Assembly: GCA_051382335.1 (NCBI GenBank)
Contig: JBBCAX010000116.1
Location: 1-16,491, forward strand
From: Deltaproteobacteria bacterium TL4
GTDB taxonomy: Bacteria; SAR324; NAC60-12
Direction: 5' to 3'
Length of the DNA stretch: 16,491 nucleotides
A model generated the notes under the pieces. The model was not told where the DNA came from and searched no databases. It was given only the letters and a program-made list of their open reading frames with translations. Shown one piece after another: positions 10,401 to 16,491 of the stretch (its first letter is position 1; each line of letters starts with the position of its first letter). Both the position numbers and the translations under genes were made by a program.

Positions 10401-13400
10401 ACTGTCTCGCCATCCAGCATAACTTTCACCCCAGCCAACTGGAACGCAAACCAAACCATCACAGTCACAGGTGTCAACGACGACATTGCGGATGGGAATC
10501 AAAACTACACGGTTCAACTCACAGTTAATTCAGTAAGTACTGCTGATACCAGCGGTTACTCCTCGTTGAATCCTGATGATGTTAGTTTGATTAACGCAGA
10601 TATGGGAGAAACATCTGGATTTTCCATTAGCGCCATCAGCGGCAATACTACCGAAGCAACAGGAACCGCCACCTTTACTGTAAAATTAACCAGTGAACCT
10701 ACAGGGAATGTCGTGATTGACTTAGTTACGTCTGACGAAACAGAAGGCGTAGTAACACCAAACTCCATGACCTTCACCCCCTTAAACTGGAATGCTCTGC
10801 AAACGATTAGGGTGACTGGTGTGGATGACTCTGGAGTAGATGGCAGTCAAAGTTACAGCATTGTGTTAGCATTGGCTATCAGTAGTGATAGTGGTTACGA
10901 CGGACTAAATCCAAACGATGTTTCGATCTTCAATACAGACAACGACACAGCCGGATTCACTCTCAACGCTATTTCAGGAAACACCACAGAAGCTGGCAGT
11001 ACGGCTACCTTCACTATTCGGCTGAACAGCAGGCCTGATGCGAATGTGGTCATGAATATTGTCAGTTCTAATACGGAAGAAGGAAGCGTTTCTCCCTCAA
11101 GTGTGACTTTTACCAATGCGAACTGGAATGCTAACCAGATCGTAACGGTGACAGGGGCGGATGACTTTCTCATGGATGGCAATCAAAATTATACCCTTTC
11201 GGTCAGCATCGACAATTCCAGTACCTCGGACACCACAGGTTATGCAGACCTCAGTTCTCAAAGTGTGAGTGTGACCAATACGGACAATGACACTGCTGGA
11301 TTCACGATCAGCGTCATTTCAGGAAACACTACCGAATCTTTGGGAACAGCCACCTTCACGGTCAAGCTCAATTCTCAACCCACCACCAGTGTTTCAATTC
11401 CTGTCAGCAGTAGCAATATTGCGGAAGGCATCCTTGCCATCAGTTCCCTGACCTTTACCTCCACTAACTGGAATGCCAATCAATCCGTAATGGTGACCGG
11501 CGTGGATGATGCGATTCAGGATGGTAACCAAAGTTATTCGATCGTATTGGCAGCCGCCTCTTCTTCCGACAGCAATTACAATAATTTAATTCCTGCGGAT
11601 GTTTTAGTCTCCAATATCGATAATGACTCTGCAGGCATTACGATCAGCTCGATTTCAGGTAACACCACCGAATTCGGCGGACAAGCTACCTTCACGGTCA
11701 AACTCAACAGCCAACCAACTGCCAATGTGATCCTTCCCGTGAGCAGTTCCACTCTCGCTGAAGGTACAGTGAGTCCTTCCAGCCTGACTTTCACCAATTT
11801 GGACTGGAATGCCAATCAAACTGTGACCATTACGGGCGTGGATGATTTTGTGGCGGATGGTGGGCAAAGTTACAGCATTGTGCTGGGTGTTGTTACGTCT
11901 TCCGACAGCAATTACAACAATCTCAATCCTGCCGATGTTTCTGTGACTAATACGGATAACGATTCGCCAGGGTTAGCGATCAGCGGTATTTCAGGAAATA
12001 CCACCGAAAGTTCTGGAACCGCCACCTTTACCGTTCACTTAAACAGTCAGCCCAATGGCAATGTGCTACTGAGTCTGAACAGTTCCAATACGGCAGAAGG
12101 CATGGTGTCGCCCACCGCCTTGACGTTCACGACTTCCACTTGGAACGCCAATCAAAACGTGATTGTTACGGGTGTGAATGATGATGAGGCTGATGGGAAC
12201 CAGAACTACAGTGTTTCACTCAGTGTGAGTTCCTCCAGCGCAGATAGTACAGGATATAAAAGCCTGAGTTCTAGCAGTGTTAGTGTCATCAACACTGACA
12301 ATGATTCCGCTGGATTCACCCTCAGCGCTATTTCAGGAAATACCTCTGAAGTTGGAGGCACCGCCACCTTTACGGCACGCCTGAACAGCAAGCCCAACGC
12401 CAATGTCGTGTTGAACATTACCAGTTCCAATACATCGGAAGGTACCGTATCCCCATCTTCTCTAACCTTTACGACCTCCAACTGGAGTACCAACCAGACT
12501 GTGATAGTGACAGGAGTGAATGACTTCATCGCAGATGGGAATCAGAGTTATACACTTTCTCTCAGCGTCAATACCTCCAGTACACTGGACACCACCAGCT
12601 ATGCCTCACTCAGTTCCCAAAGTGTGAATGTGACCAACACCGACAACGACTCCGCAGGTTTCATCATCATCGCTATTTCAGGAAATACTACCGAAAGTGG
12701 AGGGACAGCCACCTTCACGGTCAAGCTTAATTCCCAACCCACCACCAGTGTTAATATTCCGGTGAGCAGTTCCAATACCGCAGAAGGCACGGTAGCCATC
12801 AATTTCCTGACTTTCACCACCAGCGACTGGAATACCAACCAAATTGTGACGGTGACAGGCGCAGACGACTCTGTGATTGATGGCAATCAAAATTACAGCA
12901 TTGTGTTGGGGGTGATCACTTCCAGCGATAGCACCTACAATGGCTTGAATCCAAGTGATGTTACAATCACTAACATTGATAATGAGGTAGTGGCTGGAAT
13001 GTCTTCTAGCATGGTGCGGATAAACGCCGGAACTTTTCAGATGGGGGATTCCGATACAGCTTCCTATGGAGCCCAGCCTCCGCATCAGGTAACACTGAGC
13101 GCGTTTTATATTTCAGATCATGAAGTGACGGTAGGGGAATTTAAGCTATATTCTTCCGGAGCCAGAAGTTATAGTTGTTCCGTCGATAGTTGTCCGGTGG
13201 CGTATGTTTCCTGGACGAATATTCAGGGCTATATCACCTGGTTGAACCAGCAACAGAGTATGCGAACGTATCGGATGTGTACCGAAGCCGAATGGGAATA
13301 CGCAGCACGAGCGGGAACGACAACGAATTCGGCTTGTAGCGGCGCTTCCTGTATTAATGTGGCATGGTATTCCGAATCCAGCGGAAATTATGCACATCCG

Positions 13401-13664
13401 GTGAAAGGCAAAGTAGCCAATGCCTGGGGACTGTATGATATGTATGGAAATATGTGGGAATCGGTTGCGGATTGGTCTGGTTCTTATAGTAGTAGTGCAC
13501 AAACAAATCCTACCGGTCCTATATCAGGCTCAAGTCGTGTGGCTCGTGGAGGCGGTTTCAACAACAGTGCCGCTACTGCCTATACGCGTCCGGCGACTCG
13601 CGACAGTAACACGCTTAATGGGGCTGGGAACGAAGGTTTTCGCCTCTGTGCATCGGTACCATGA
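7437..13664 (+). CDS. Giant surface lipoprotein/adhesin: 16 Calx-beta/cadherin-like repeats plus C-terminal FGE-sulfatase (SUMF1/C-type lectin fold) domain (2075 aa)
   Basis: Start moved to ATG 7437, giving MKHKRFTTIGILLLVMLAVITS-C (lipobox). 16 repeats of ~110-116 aa (GFTISAISGNTTE..G.ATFTVKL...LTFT..NWN..QTVTVTGVDD...DG.Q.Y). From 13011: MVRINAGTFQMG, HEVT, P.AYVSW, RMCTEAEWEYAARAG, N.WGLYDM.GN.WE, RV.RGG, GFR. Confidence 0.92.
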   Translation: MKHKRFTTIGILLLVMLAVITSCVLNDSVDDSHTPTPAELDFEISPISNKTSETGTYATFTVKLKQVPTHDVVLPVFSSKVKEGTVSTSSLIFTSENWNTRQIVTVTGVDDSVADGEQPYSIILGTVVTKDANYQTINPDDVKVVNVDDDSPGFTVGPISGKTSESGQIASFTVQIHSQPTANVLLPLSSDNEAEGLILQKELRFTPDNWKTPQTATVQGVDDEAADGNQRYHIILSAAVSEDPIYQGMDPEDVQVENIDNETPGITVSAVSGNTNEFGETATFMVRLNVVPSADVTVYLSSSDSTELTVFPKALTFTPQNWNAPQTITLTGVDDQDDDDNQRVSVFLGNTTSQDPGYHQLSFESVTVINEDNELPGFRISAISGLTTEKGGTATFTIHLNVAPGAEVVIPLSSSDTTEGVVSPQQLTFTPQNWNALQTVTVTGVDDTEEDGNQNYRILMGAAQSTDSGYQGLKPVMVTNLDDEAFAFIVSAISGETSETGETATFTVKLLRAPTLNVTIPLSSGDYWEGSVTPDSLTFTPNNWNAEQIVTVTGVDDNIADGAQPYPVLLGKTTSDDANYHQLDPQDVLVVNIDDETTGFTISALQGQTSEAGETATFTIKLNSEPTGDVVVEVASSDPGEGTVSPAKLTFTPSNWNANQTVTVTGIDDESADGNQNYTILLTLNLTETKDLKGYGDLNPRDVTVINTDNETAGFSVSKVQGNTTETGGTAAFTVKLQSKPTANVVLEVATADSTEGTVSPSSLSFSTDNWNANQTVTLTGINDDVTDGNQNYTIQLTINTVGTLDDSGYALLNSETVTVTNIDDDQPGFTISAISGNTTEATGTASFNVKLTSEPTGNVVMNVVSSDSSEGTVSTSSLTFTPDNWNANQTITVTGVNDDIADGNQSFTIQLTINTKATTDISGYALLNPDDVAVTNTDLGESAGFIISTISSNTTEDETTATFTVKLTSEPTANVVIDVVTSDVTEGTVSPSSITFTPANWNANQTITVTGVNDDIADGNQNYTVQLTVNSVSTADTSGYSSLNPDDVSLINADMGETSGFSISAISGNTTEATGTATFTVKLTSEPTGNVVIDLVTSDETEGVVTPNSMTFTPLNWNALQTIRVTGVDDSGVDGSQSYSIVLALAISSDSGYDGLNPNDVSIFNTDNDTAGFTLNAISGNTTEAGSTATFTIRLNSRPDANVVMNIVSSNTEEGSVSPSSVTFTNANWNANQIVTVTGADDFLMDGNQNYTLSVSIDNSSTSDTTGYADLSSQSVSVTNTDNDTAGFTISVISGNTTESLGTATFTVKLNSQPTTSVSIPVSSSNIAEGILAISSLTFTSTNWNANQSVMVTGVDDAIQDGNQSYSIVLAAASSSDSNYNNLIPADVLVSNIDNDSAGITISSISGNTTEFGGQATFTVKLNSQPTANVILPVSSSTLAEGTVSPSSLTFTNLDWNANQTVTITGVDDFVADGGQSYSIVLGVVTSSDSNYNNLNPADVSVTNTDNDSPGLAISGISGNTTESSGTATFTVHLNSQPNGNVLLSLNSSNTAEGMVSPTALTFTTSTWNANQNVIVTGVNDDEADGNQNYSVSLSVSSSSADSTGYKSLSSSSVSVINTDNDSAGFTLSAISGNTSEVGGTATFTARLNSKPNANVVLNITSSNTSEGTVSPSSLTFTTSNWSTNQTVIVTGVNDFIADGNQSYTLSLSVNTSSTLDTTSYASLSSQSVNVTNTDNDSAGFIIIAISGNTTESGGTATFTVKLNSQPTTSVNIPVSSSNTAEGTVAINFLTFTTSDWNTNQIVTVTGADDSVIDGNQNYSIVLGVITSSDSTYNGLNPSDVTITNIDNEVVAGMSSSMVRINAGTFQMGDSDTASYGAQPPHQVTLSAFYISDHEVTVGEFKLYSSGARSYSCSVDSCPVAYVSWTNIQGYITWLNQQQSMRTYRMCTEAEWEYAARAGTTTNSACSGASCINVAWYSESSGNYAHPVKGKVANAWGLYDMYGNMWESVADWSGSYSSSAQTNPTGPISGSSRVARGGGFNNSAATAYTRPATRDSNTLNGAGNEGFRLCASVP
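7560..12986 (+). repeat. Intragenic array of 16 tandem ~335-348 bp Ig-like domain repeats
   Basis: 16 occurrences of the F(T/S)xx(N/D/T)W motif counted in the translation. DNA similarity is obvious among repeats 8-10 and between 11-12 and 15-16. Confidence 0.88.
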
Positions 13665-13665
13665 G

Positions 13666-13687
13666 AAAAGGTATCCCCTTTTTTTAC
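13666..13687 (+). terminator. Possible weak intrinsic terminator after the adhesin gene
   Basis: AAAAGG-TATCC-CCTTTT followed by further Ts. The stem is GC-poor. Confidence 0.25.
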
Positions 13688-13765
13688 ATAGAGCTTGAAT
13701 GATGAGTACTGCGGATTATTGGGAAAAAGGGTCATATTTATTTCAATGTGTTAAGGCGCTTTAAC

Positions 13766-13887
13766 GGGCTTGTTCTAACTTCGGCCAAGGGTAGCCTTGG
13801 GTTTCGCCCCGAGGAACAATGTGTGCGGTATCCCCTGGGACGAACCCCAGGGCTACCATCAAAATGGCCGAACTTACGACCAAGCCC
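13766..13887. mobile_element. 122-bp MITE with ~22-bp imperfect TIRs, 8-bp target duplication and an internal inverted GTAG-REP pair
   Basis: Left TIR GGGCTTGTTC-TAACTTCGGCCA vs right (revcomp) GGGCTTGGTCGTAAGTTCGGCCA. Flanked by GCTTTAAC at 13758-13765 and 13888-13895. Internal GTAGCCTTGGGTTTCGCCCCGAGG (13791-13814) and inverted GTAGCCCTGGGGTTCGTCCCAGGG (13833-13856). Confidence 0.8.
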
Positions 13888-13971
13888 GCTTTAACGAGGT
13901 CAACTGACAGAAACAAAAGGGATTTTTGCTCAAGTTCAAGAGATGGGGACATGCTCTTTTTCTGGAGCAAA

Positions 13972-14038
13972 GTAAGGTGCCGCTTAAGCGCAGCGAGCGC
14001 ACCGCAGTAGGGTGCCGCTTAAGCGCAGCGAGCGCACC
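13972..14038 (+). repeat. Two tandem GTAG-type REP elements (32 bp, 35-bp period)
   Basis: GTA(A/G)GGTGCCGCTTAAGCGCAGCGAGCGCACC x2. Each forms a GGTGC(C)GCT/AGCGCACC hairpin. Confidence 0.8.
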
Positions 14039-14088
14039 AAGTCCTCTTTTTGGAGAGAAAAGACAGGATATCCTTTTACCGCTACAAC

Positions 14089-14140
14089 TTGACGAAACAA
14101 TTATACCACGCTATAACCAATATGGTTTTCTATTGGTTAT
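14089..14140 (+). promoter_or_regulatory. Sigma70 promoter with overlapping inverted-repeat operator for the RHH gene
   Basis: TTGACG (14089-94), 17 bp, TATAAC (14112-17). Perfect 10-bp IR ATAACCAATA (14113-22) / TATTGGTTAT (14131-40). RBS GGAGAGG at ~14150. Confidence 0.75.
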
Positions 14141-14161
14141 TCTTTATTAGGAGAGGTAGGT

Positions 14162-14500
14162 ATGCCCACAATCACTATTAAAAATATACCGGAAAAAATT
14201 CATCAAAAACTAAAACAAAACGCTTCCCAAAATCATCGCAGTCTCAATAACGAAATAATTGCCTGTCTTGAAAGCTCAGTCAGCACTACAGCGATAAATA
14301 GTGAATTACTACTATAGTTTTTCATGTAGTTAATGGCATTTCTGCCTGTTTCTTATTTTTAATAAACTCAATAATATCAGTTACTTAAAAAATAGACAGT
14401 GCGGATTCCTCCTTAGTTGGTCAGTTTAGCACGTGCTCGTAAAATACGCAGTAACATTGCAGGGCATTTGACAGAGGAAAAAGGGGGACAGGTCGATTAA
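14162..14500 (+). pseudogene. Arc/FitA-like ribbon-helix-helix antitoxin/DNA-binding protein, interrupted
   Basis: MPTITIKNIPEKIHQKLKQNASQNHRSLNNEIIACLE... stops at 14315-17 inside an insertion. The family-like tail ARARKIRSNIAGHLTEE resumes in the same frame at 14429. Not in the ORF track. Confidence 0.8.
14312..14428. mobile_element. 117-bp AT-rich insertion, probable IS remnant with TA duplication
   Basis: Removing it restores GAA TTA CTA GCA CGT (ELLAR). Contains an IHF-like site TATCAGTTACTTA. No TIR pair evident. Confidence 0.6.
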
Positions 14501-14548
14501 GTTTTATTGTGTGAAAAAAAAGGGGGGGACAGGTCGGTTAAGTTTATT
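14478..14548 (+). repeat. Direct-repeat pair AAAG(5-7)ACAGGTCG(A/G)TTAAGTTT
   Basis: Copies at ~14478-14508 and ~14517-14548, with a GGGGACAG core. Confidence 0.75.
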
Positions 14549-14612
14549 TTGAGGATCCCCAATTAAAGGAATATTTGCCTTGTTTGGTATACTTCTCCAG
14601 AAAAGTTTTGTC

Positions 14613-14666
14613 CTGGGAACGCGGGCATCTTGCCCGCAAAAGCAGGCGGGACGCCTGCGCTCCCAG
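14613..14666. repeat. Inverted pair of CGTC-type palindromic REP-like units
   Basis: CTGGGAACGCGGGCATCTTGCCCGC (14613-37) vs revcomp of 14642-66, CTGGGAGCGCAGGCGTCCCGCCTGC. Each unit is itself a hairpin. Confidence 0.8.
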
Positions 14667-14750
14667 CAGGAATTTATCTGGACAACTATATTGGGTGTTT
14701 AGGTACGTTGCCGATGTACCCCTTAAATCGAAACCACACGAGATCTTTCC

Positions 14751-15818
14751 ATGAAAAAAACGACTCCAGACAAAATCCATACGCCTCATGATAAGCTTAT
14801 CAAAACGGTATTTTCTGACACTAGGGAAGCCGCAAGTTTTTTTCAGAGTTATCTGCCCTCGGATTTGGTGGAAAAGCTCAATTGGAATTCGTTGCGATTG
14901 ATAGACAAAGCGTTTATTGATGAAGAGTTCCAAGCCAGTGAATCGGATTTGCTGTTTCAGGTGGAAACCCAAAACACCCAACGTGAAGTGTTCGTTTATT
15001 TGCTGTTTGAGCATCAGTCCTCACCTGACAAATGGTTGCGATTCCGTTTGCTCAAGTACATGTGCAGGATTTGGGATAACTCTTTCAAAGAAACTCCCGA
15101 TCAGCAAAGGCTTAAAGCGATTATCCCCGTGGTTTTTTATCAAGGGAAGTCAACGTGGACACCTTCCACAGAATTTATAGACTTGGTAGAACATGACGAC
15201 TTGAATGAAGTCTTTATCCCTCGATTTGCTCACTTTTTGATGGATCAGTCAGGATACGGCTTAGAAGATTTTAAAGGAGAGACCAAAGCAAAAATTGCGC
15301 AACTGTTGCTACGAACCGCGTTTCACGGTCAAATAACAAAAGCCATCCAGCGTTTTGTGAACTTACTGACTCAAATGGAAGTAAACGAAGGCATTGATTA
15401 TGAAGTATTTTTCATGATATACTTGATGGGTATTGAAGGAATCTCGGTTCAAGAGGTTCAACAGGCGATTGCACAAGAAGCACACTCAAAAGCATTAGGA
15501 GAAAAAATTATGAATGCCGCAGAACAATTACGAATAGAAGGAAGGCAGGAAGGACTGCAAAAAGGACGAGAAGAAGGACTGCAAAAAGGACTGCAAAAAG
15601 GACTACAAAAAGGACTACAAAAAGGACTGCAAAAAGGACTGCAAAAAGGACGAGAAGAAGGACTACAAAAAGGAATGGAGAAAGGTGACTTGATTGGACA
15701 GGTTAGAGCCTTTCAATTAATGCTCAAGCAGACTCAGAATTCAAAAGAATCGTTGATGGCAAAAACAATGGAAGAATTAGAGTCGATGCTTGATCAACTG
15801 AAACAACAACTATTGTAG
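14751..15818 (+). CDS. Rpn family recombination-promoting nuclease / YhgA-like putative transposase (Transposase_31, PD-(D/E)xK)
   Basis: Motifs HD.L.K..FS, F...LP, SDLLF.V, YLLFEHQS..D.W..FRLL.Y, IIPVVFYQG...W. C-terminal M..AEQL..EG and (G.xx)n repeats. Confidence 0.93.
   Translation: MKKTTPDKIHTPHDKLIKTVFSDTREAASFFQSYLPSDLVEKLNWNSLRLIDKAFIDEEFQASESDLLFQVETQNTQREVFVYLLFEHQSSPDKWLRFRLLKYMCRIWDNSFKETPDQQRLKAIIPVVFYQGKSTWTPSTEFIDLVEHDDLNEVFIPRFAHFLMDQSGYGLEDFKGETKAKIAQLLLRTAFHGQITKAIQRFVNLLTQMEVNEGIDYEVFFMIYLMGIEGISVQEVQQAIAQEAHSKALGEKIMNAAEQLRIEGRQEGLQKGREEGLQKGLQKGLQKGLQKGLQKGLQKGREEGLQKGMEKGDLIGQVRAFQLMLKQTQNSKESLMAKTMEELESMLDQLKQQLL
15510..15818 (+). CDS. Putative in-frame intragenic small Rpn protein (Rpn-S-like antitoxin, 102 aa)
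   Basis: AGGAG (15497-15501) lies 8 nt upstream of in-frame ATG 15510 (MNAAEQLRIEG...), the position where Rpn genes are known to have internal starts. Confidence 0.6.
   Translation: MNAAEQLRIEGRQEGLQKGREEGLQKGLQKGLQKGLQKGLQKGLQKGREEGLQKGMEKGDLIGQVRAFQLMLKQTQNSKESLMAKTMEELESMLDQLKQQLL
15552..15671 (+). repeat. 12-bp coding tandem repeat, 10 units (GLQK x8, GREE x2)
   Basis: GGACT(G/A)CAAAAA and GGACGAGAAGAA units. Confidence 0.9.
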
Positions 15819-16175
15819 TGATTCACAGCACCGCCAGCCCTTGCGAATCCTGCGGTAACTGTTCTGCTAAGATCCAGGTTTCCTGTGACAACCGGCGTAT
15901 GAGTGCTGTATTTTTGCGCGTTCCAATTTGAGATATCCTCAAATTGTTCTTCTTTTAAAAGCTCGGTACTGTACAAAAAAGCTAGGGAATTCTCCACATA
16001 AGCAATTCCTCAATGGTATAAATGAGTCTGTTTATTTATCCTAGAGAACGCAAATACATCTAACTATCTGAAATAATTTAGATTAATTGAAAGAGTAACT
16101 TGACTAATTATCCAAGAAATGATAGTTATCCTCTTGATATTTAAGGATAAATTCAAGTTTTCAGGAGAATGTGCC

Positions 16176-16372
16176 ATGTACAAAGCAACAAGTCCTCAAT
16201 CATCTTTTTTAGAACCAGATTATTTTATTCCCGGCCTTTTGCCCAAAGAGGATTGGTCCTATTTATTCCGAAACAAGGTTTTTCCGTTAATTGATGAAGA
16301 GAAGTTCAAGCATCTTTATGGAGATGAGGGGGGAGCGCCTAATAAGTCAATCAAACTGAAAGTTTCTCTCGT
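16176..16372 (+). pseudogene. Truncated IS5/IS1182-like transposase N-terminus (DUF772-type)
   Basis: AGGAG RBS at 16163, then MYKATSPQSSF...LLPKEDWSYLFRNKVFPLIDEEKFKHLY.DEGGAPNKSIKLKVSL, after which similarity is lost. Possible left end near CTAG at 16041-16044. Confidence 0.7.
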
Positions 16373-16491
16373 TCTTTCCCCAAGAGGACACGAGTCTCTA
16401 TCTCCACCAGACGCCCCTTTTCTTTACGTTTGATGACCTGTGCATACTTCAGTTTTGGATCAACAATTGGAATCGGGTTGTAAGGCCTCCC
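16351..16491 (-). pseudogene. Fragment of an IS1-family-like transposase, fused tail-to-tail with the IS5/IS1182-like remnant
   Basis: Minus strand reads GRPYNPIPIVDPKLKYAQVIKRKEKGRLVEIETRVLLG. The L.YAQV.K.R..GR.V....RV..G pattern is one I recognise from long IS1-type transposases. Chance stop at 16351-53. Confidence 0.55.

Noticed and set aside
13011..13664. Active formylglycine-generating enzyme
   Set aside because: The catalytic Cys pair after RGG is absent, and the domain sits at the tip of a surface stalk.
5262..13698. Many small ORFs overlapping the PEGA and adhesin genes, including similar-looking minus-strand ORFs (9863-12886)
   Set aside because: Their mutual similarity only mirrors the sense-strand repeats.
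13972..14038. Possible mini CRISPR array (32-bp repeats)
   Set aside because: Only 3 bp separate the copies, so there is no spacer, and no cas genes are present. Fits tandem REPs.
13761..14150. ORFs 13761-13970, 13819-14010 and 13926-14150
   Set aside because: Made up of MITE, REP and promoter sequence.
13665..14750. DGR template repeat or reverse transcriptase downstream of the FGE domain
   Set aside because: No second copy of the RGG...GFR coding segment found on either strand and no RT motifs in the window.
15794..15997. 67-aa minus-strand ORF after rpn
   Set aside because: No recognisable family or RBS. May be a degraded gene remnant but cannot be assigned.

Overview
Bacterial accessory region with two divergent surface/secreted-protein operons followed by a cluster of mobile-element debris. 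Left arm (minus strand): an ankyrin-repeat lipoprotein (3748-4803) directly upstream of a >1236-codon ORF (3709 to <1) that the ORF track omits because it has no stop in the window. My translation shows an N-terminal helical region, three degenerate M23/LytM-like modules lacking the zinc ligands, and Calx-beta/Ig-like segments. Right arm (plus strand): a secreted multi-PEGA protein (5169-7352), then a 2075-aa lipoprotein with 16 Calx-beta/cadherin-like repeats ending in a non-catalytic FGE/C-type-lectin domain (7437-13664). This is an architecture seen in DGR targets, but no RT or template repeat is in the window. 13665-16491 holds a MITE with a target-site duplication and an internal REP pair, further GTAG-, CGTC- and GGGGACAG-type repeats, an Arc/FitA-like RHH gene split by a 117-bp insertion with its promoter/operator intact and no toxin partner, an intact Rpn (YhgA-like) nuclease with an internal RBS+ATG, and two fused transposase fragments. 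All family assignments come from motif recognition by eye, not database searches.
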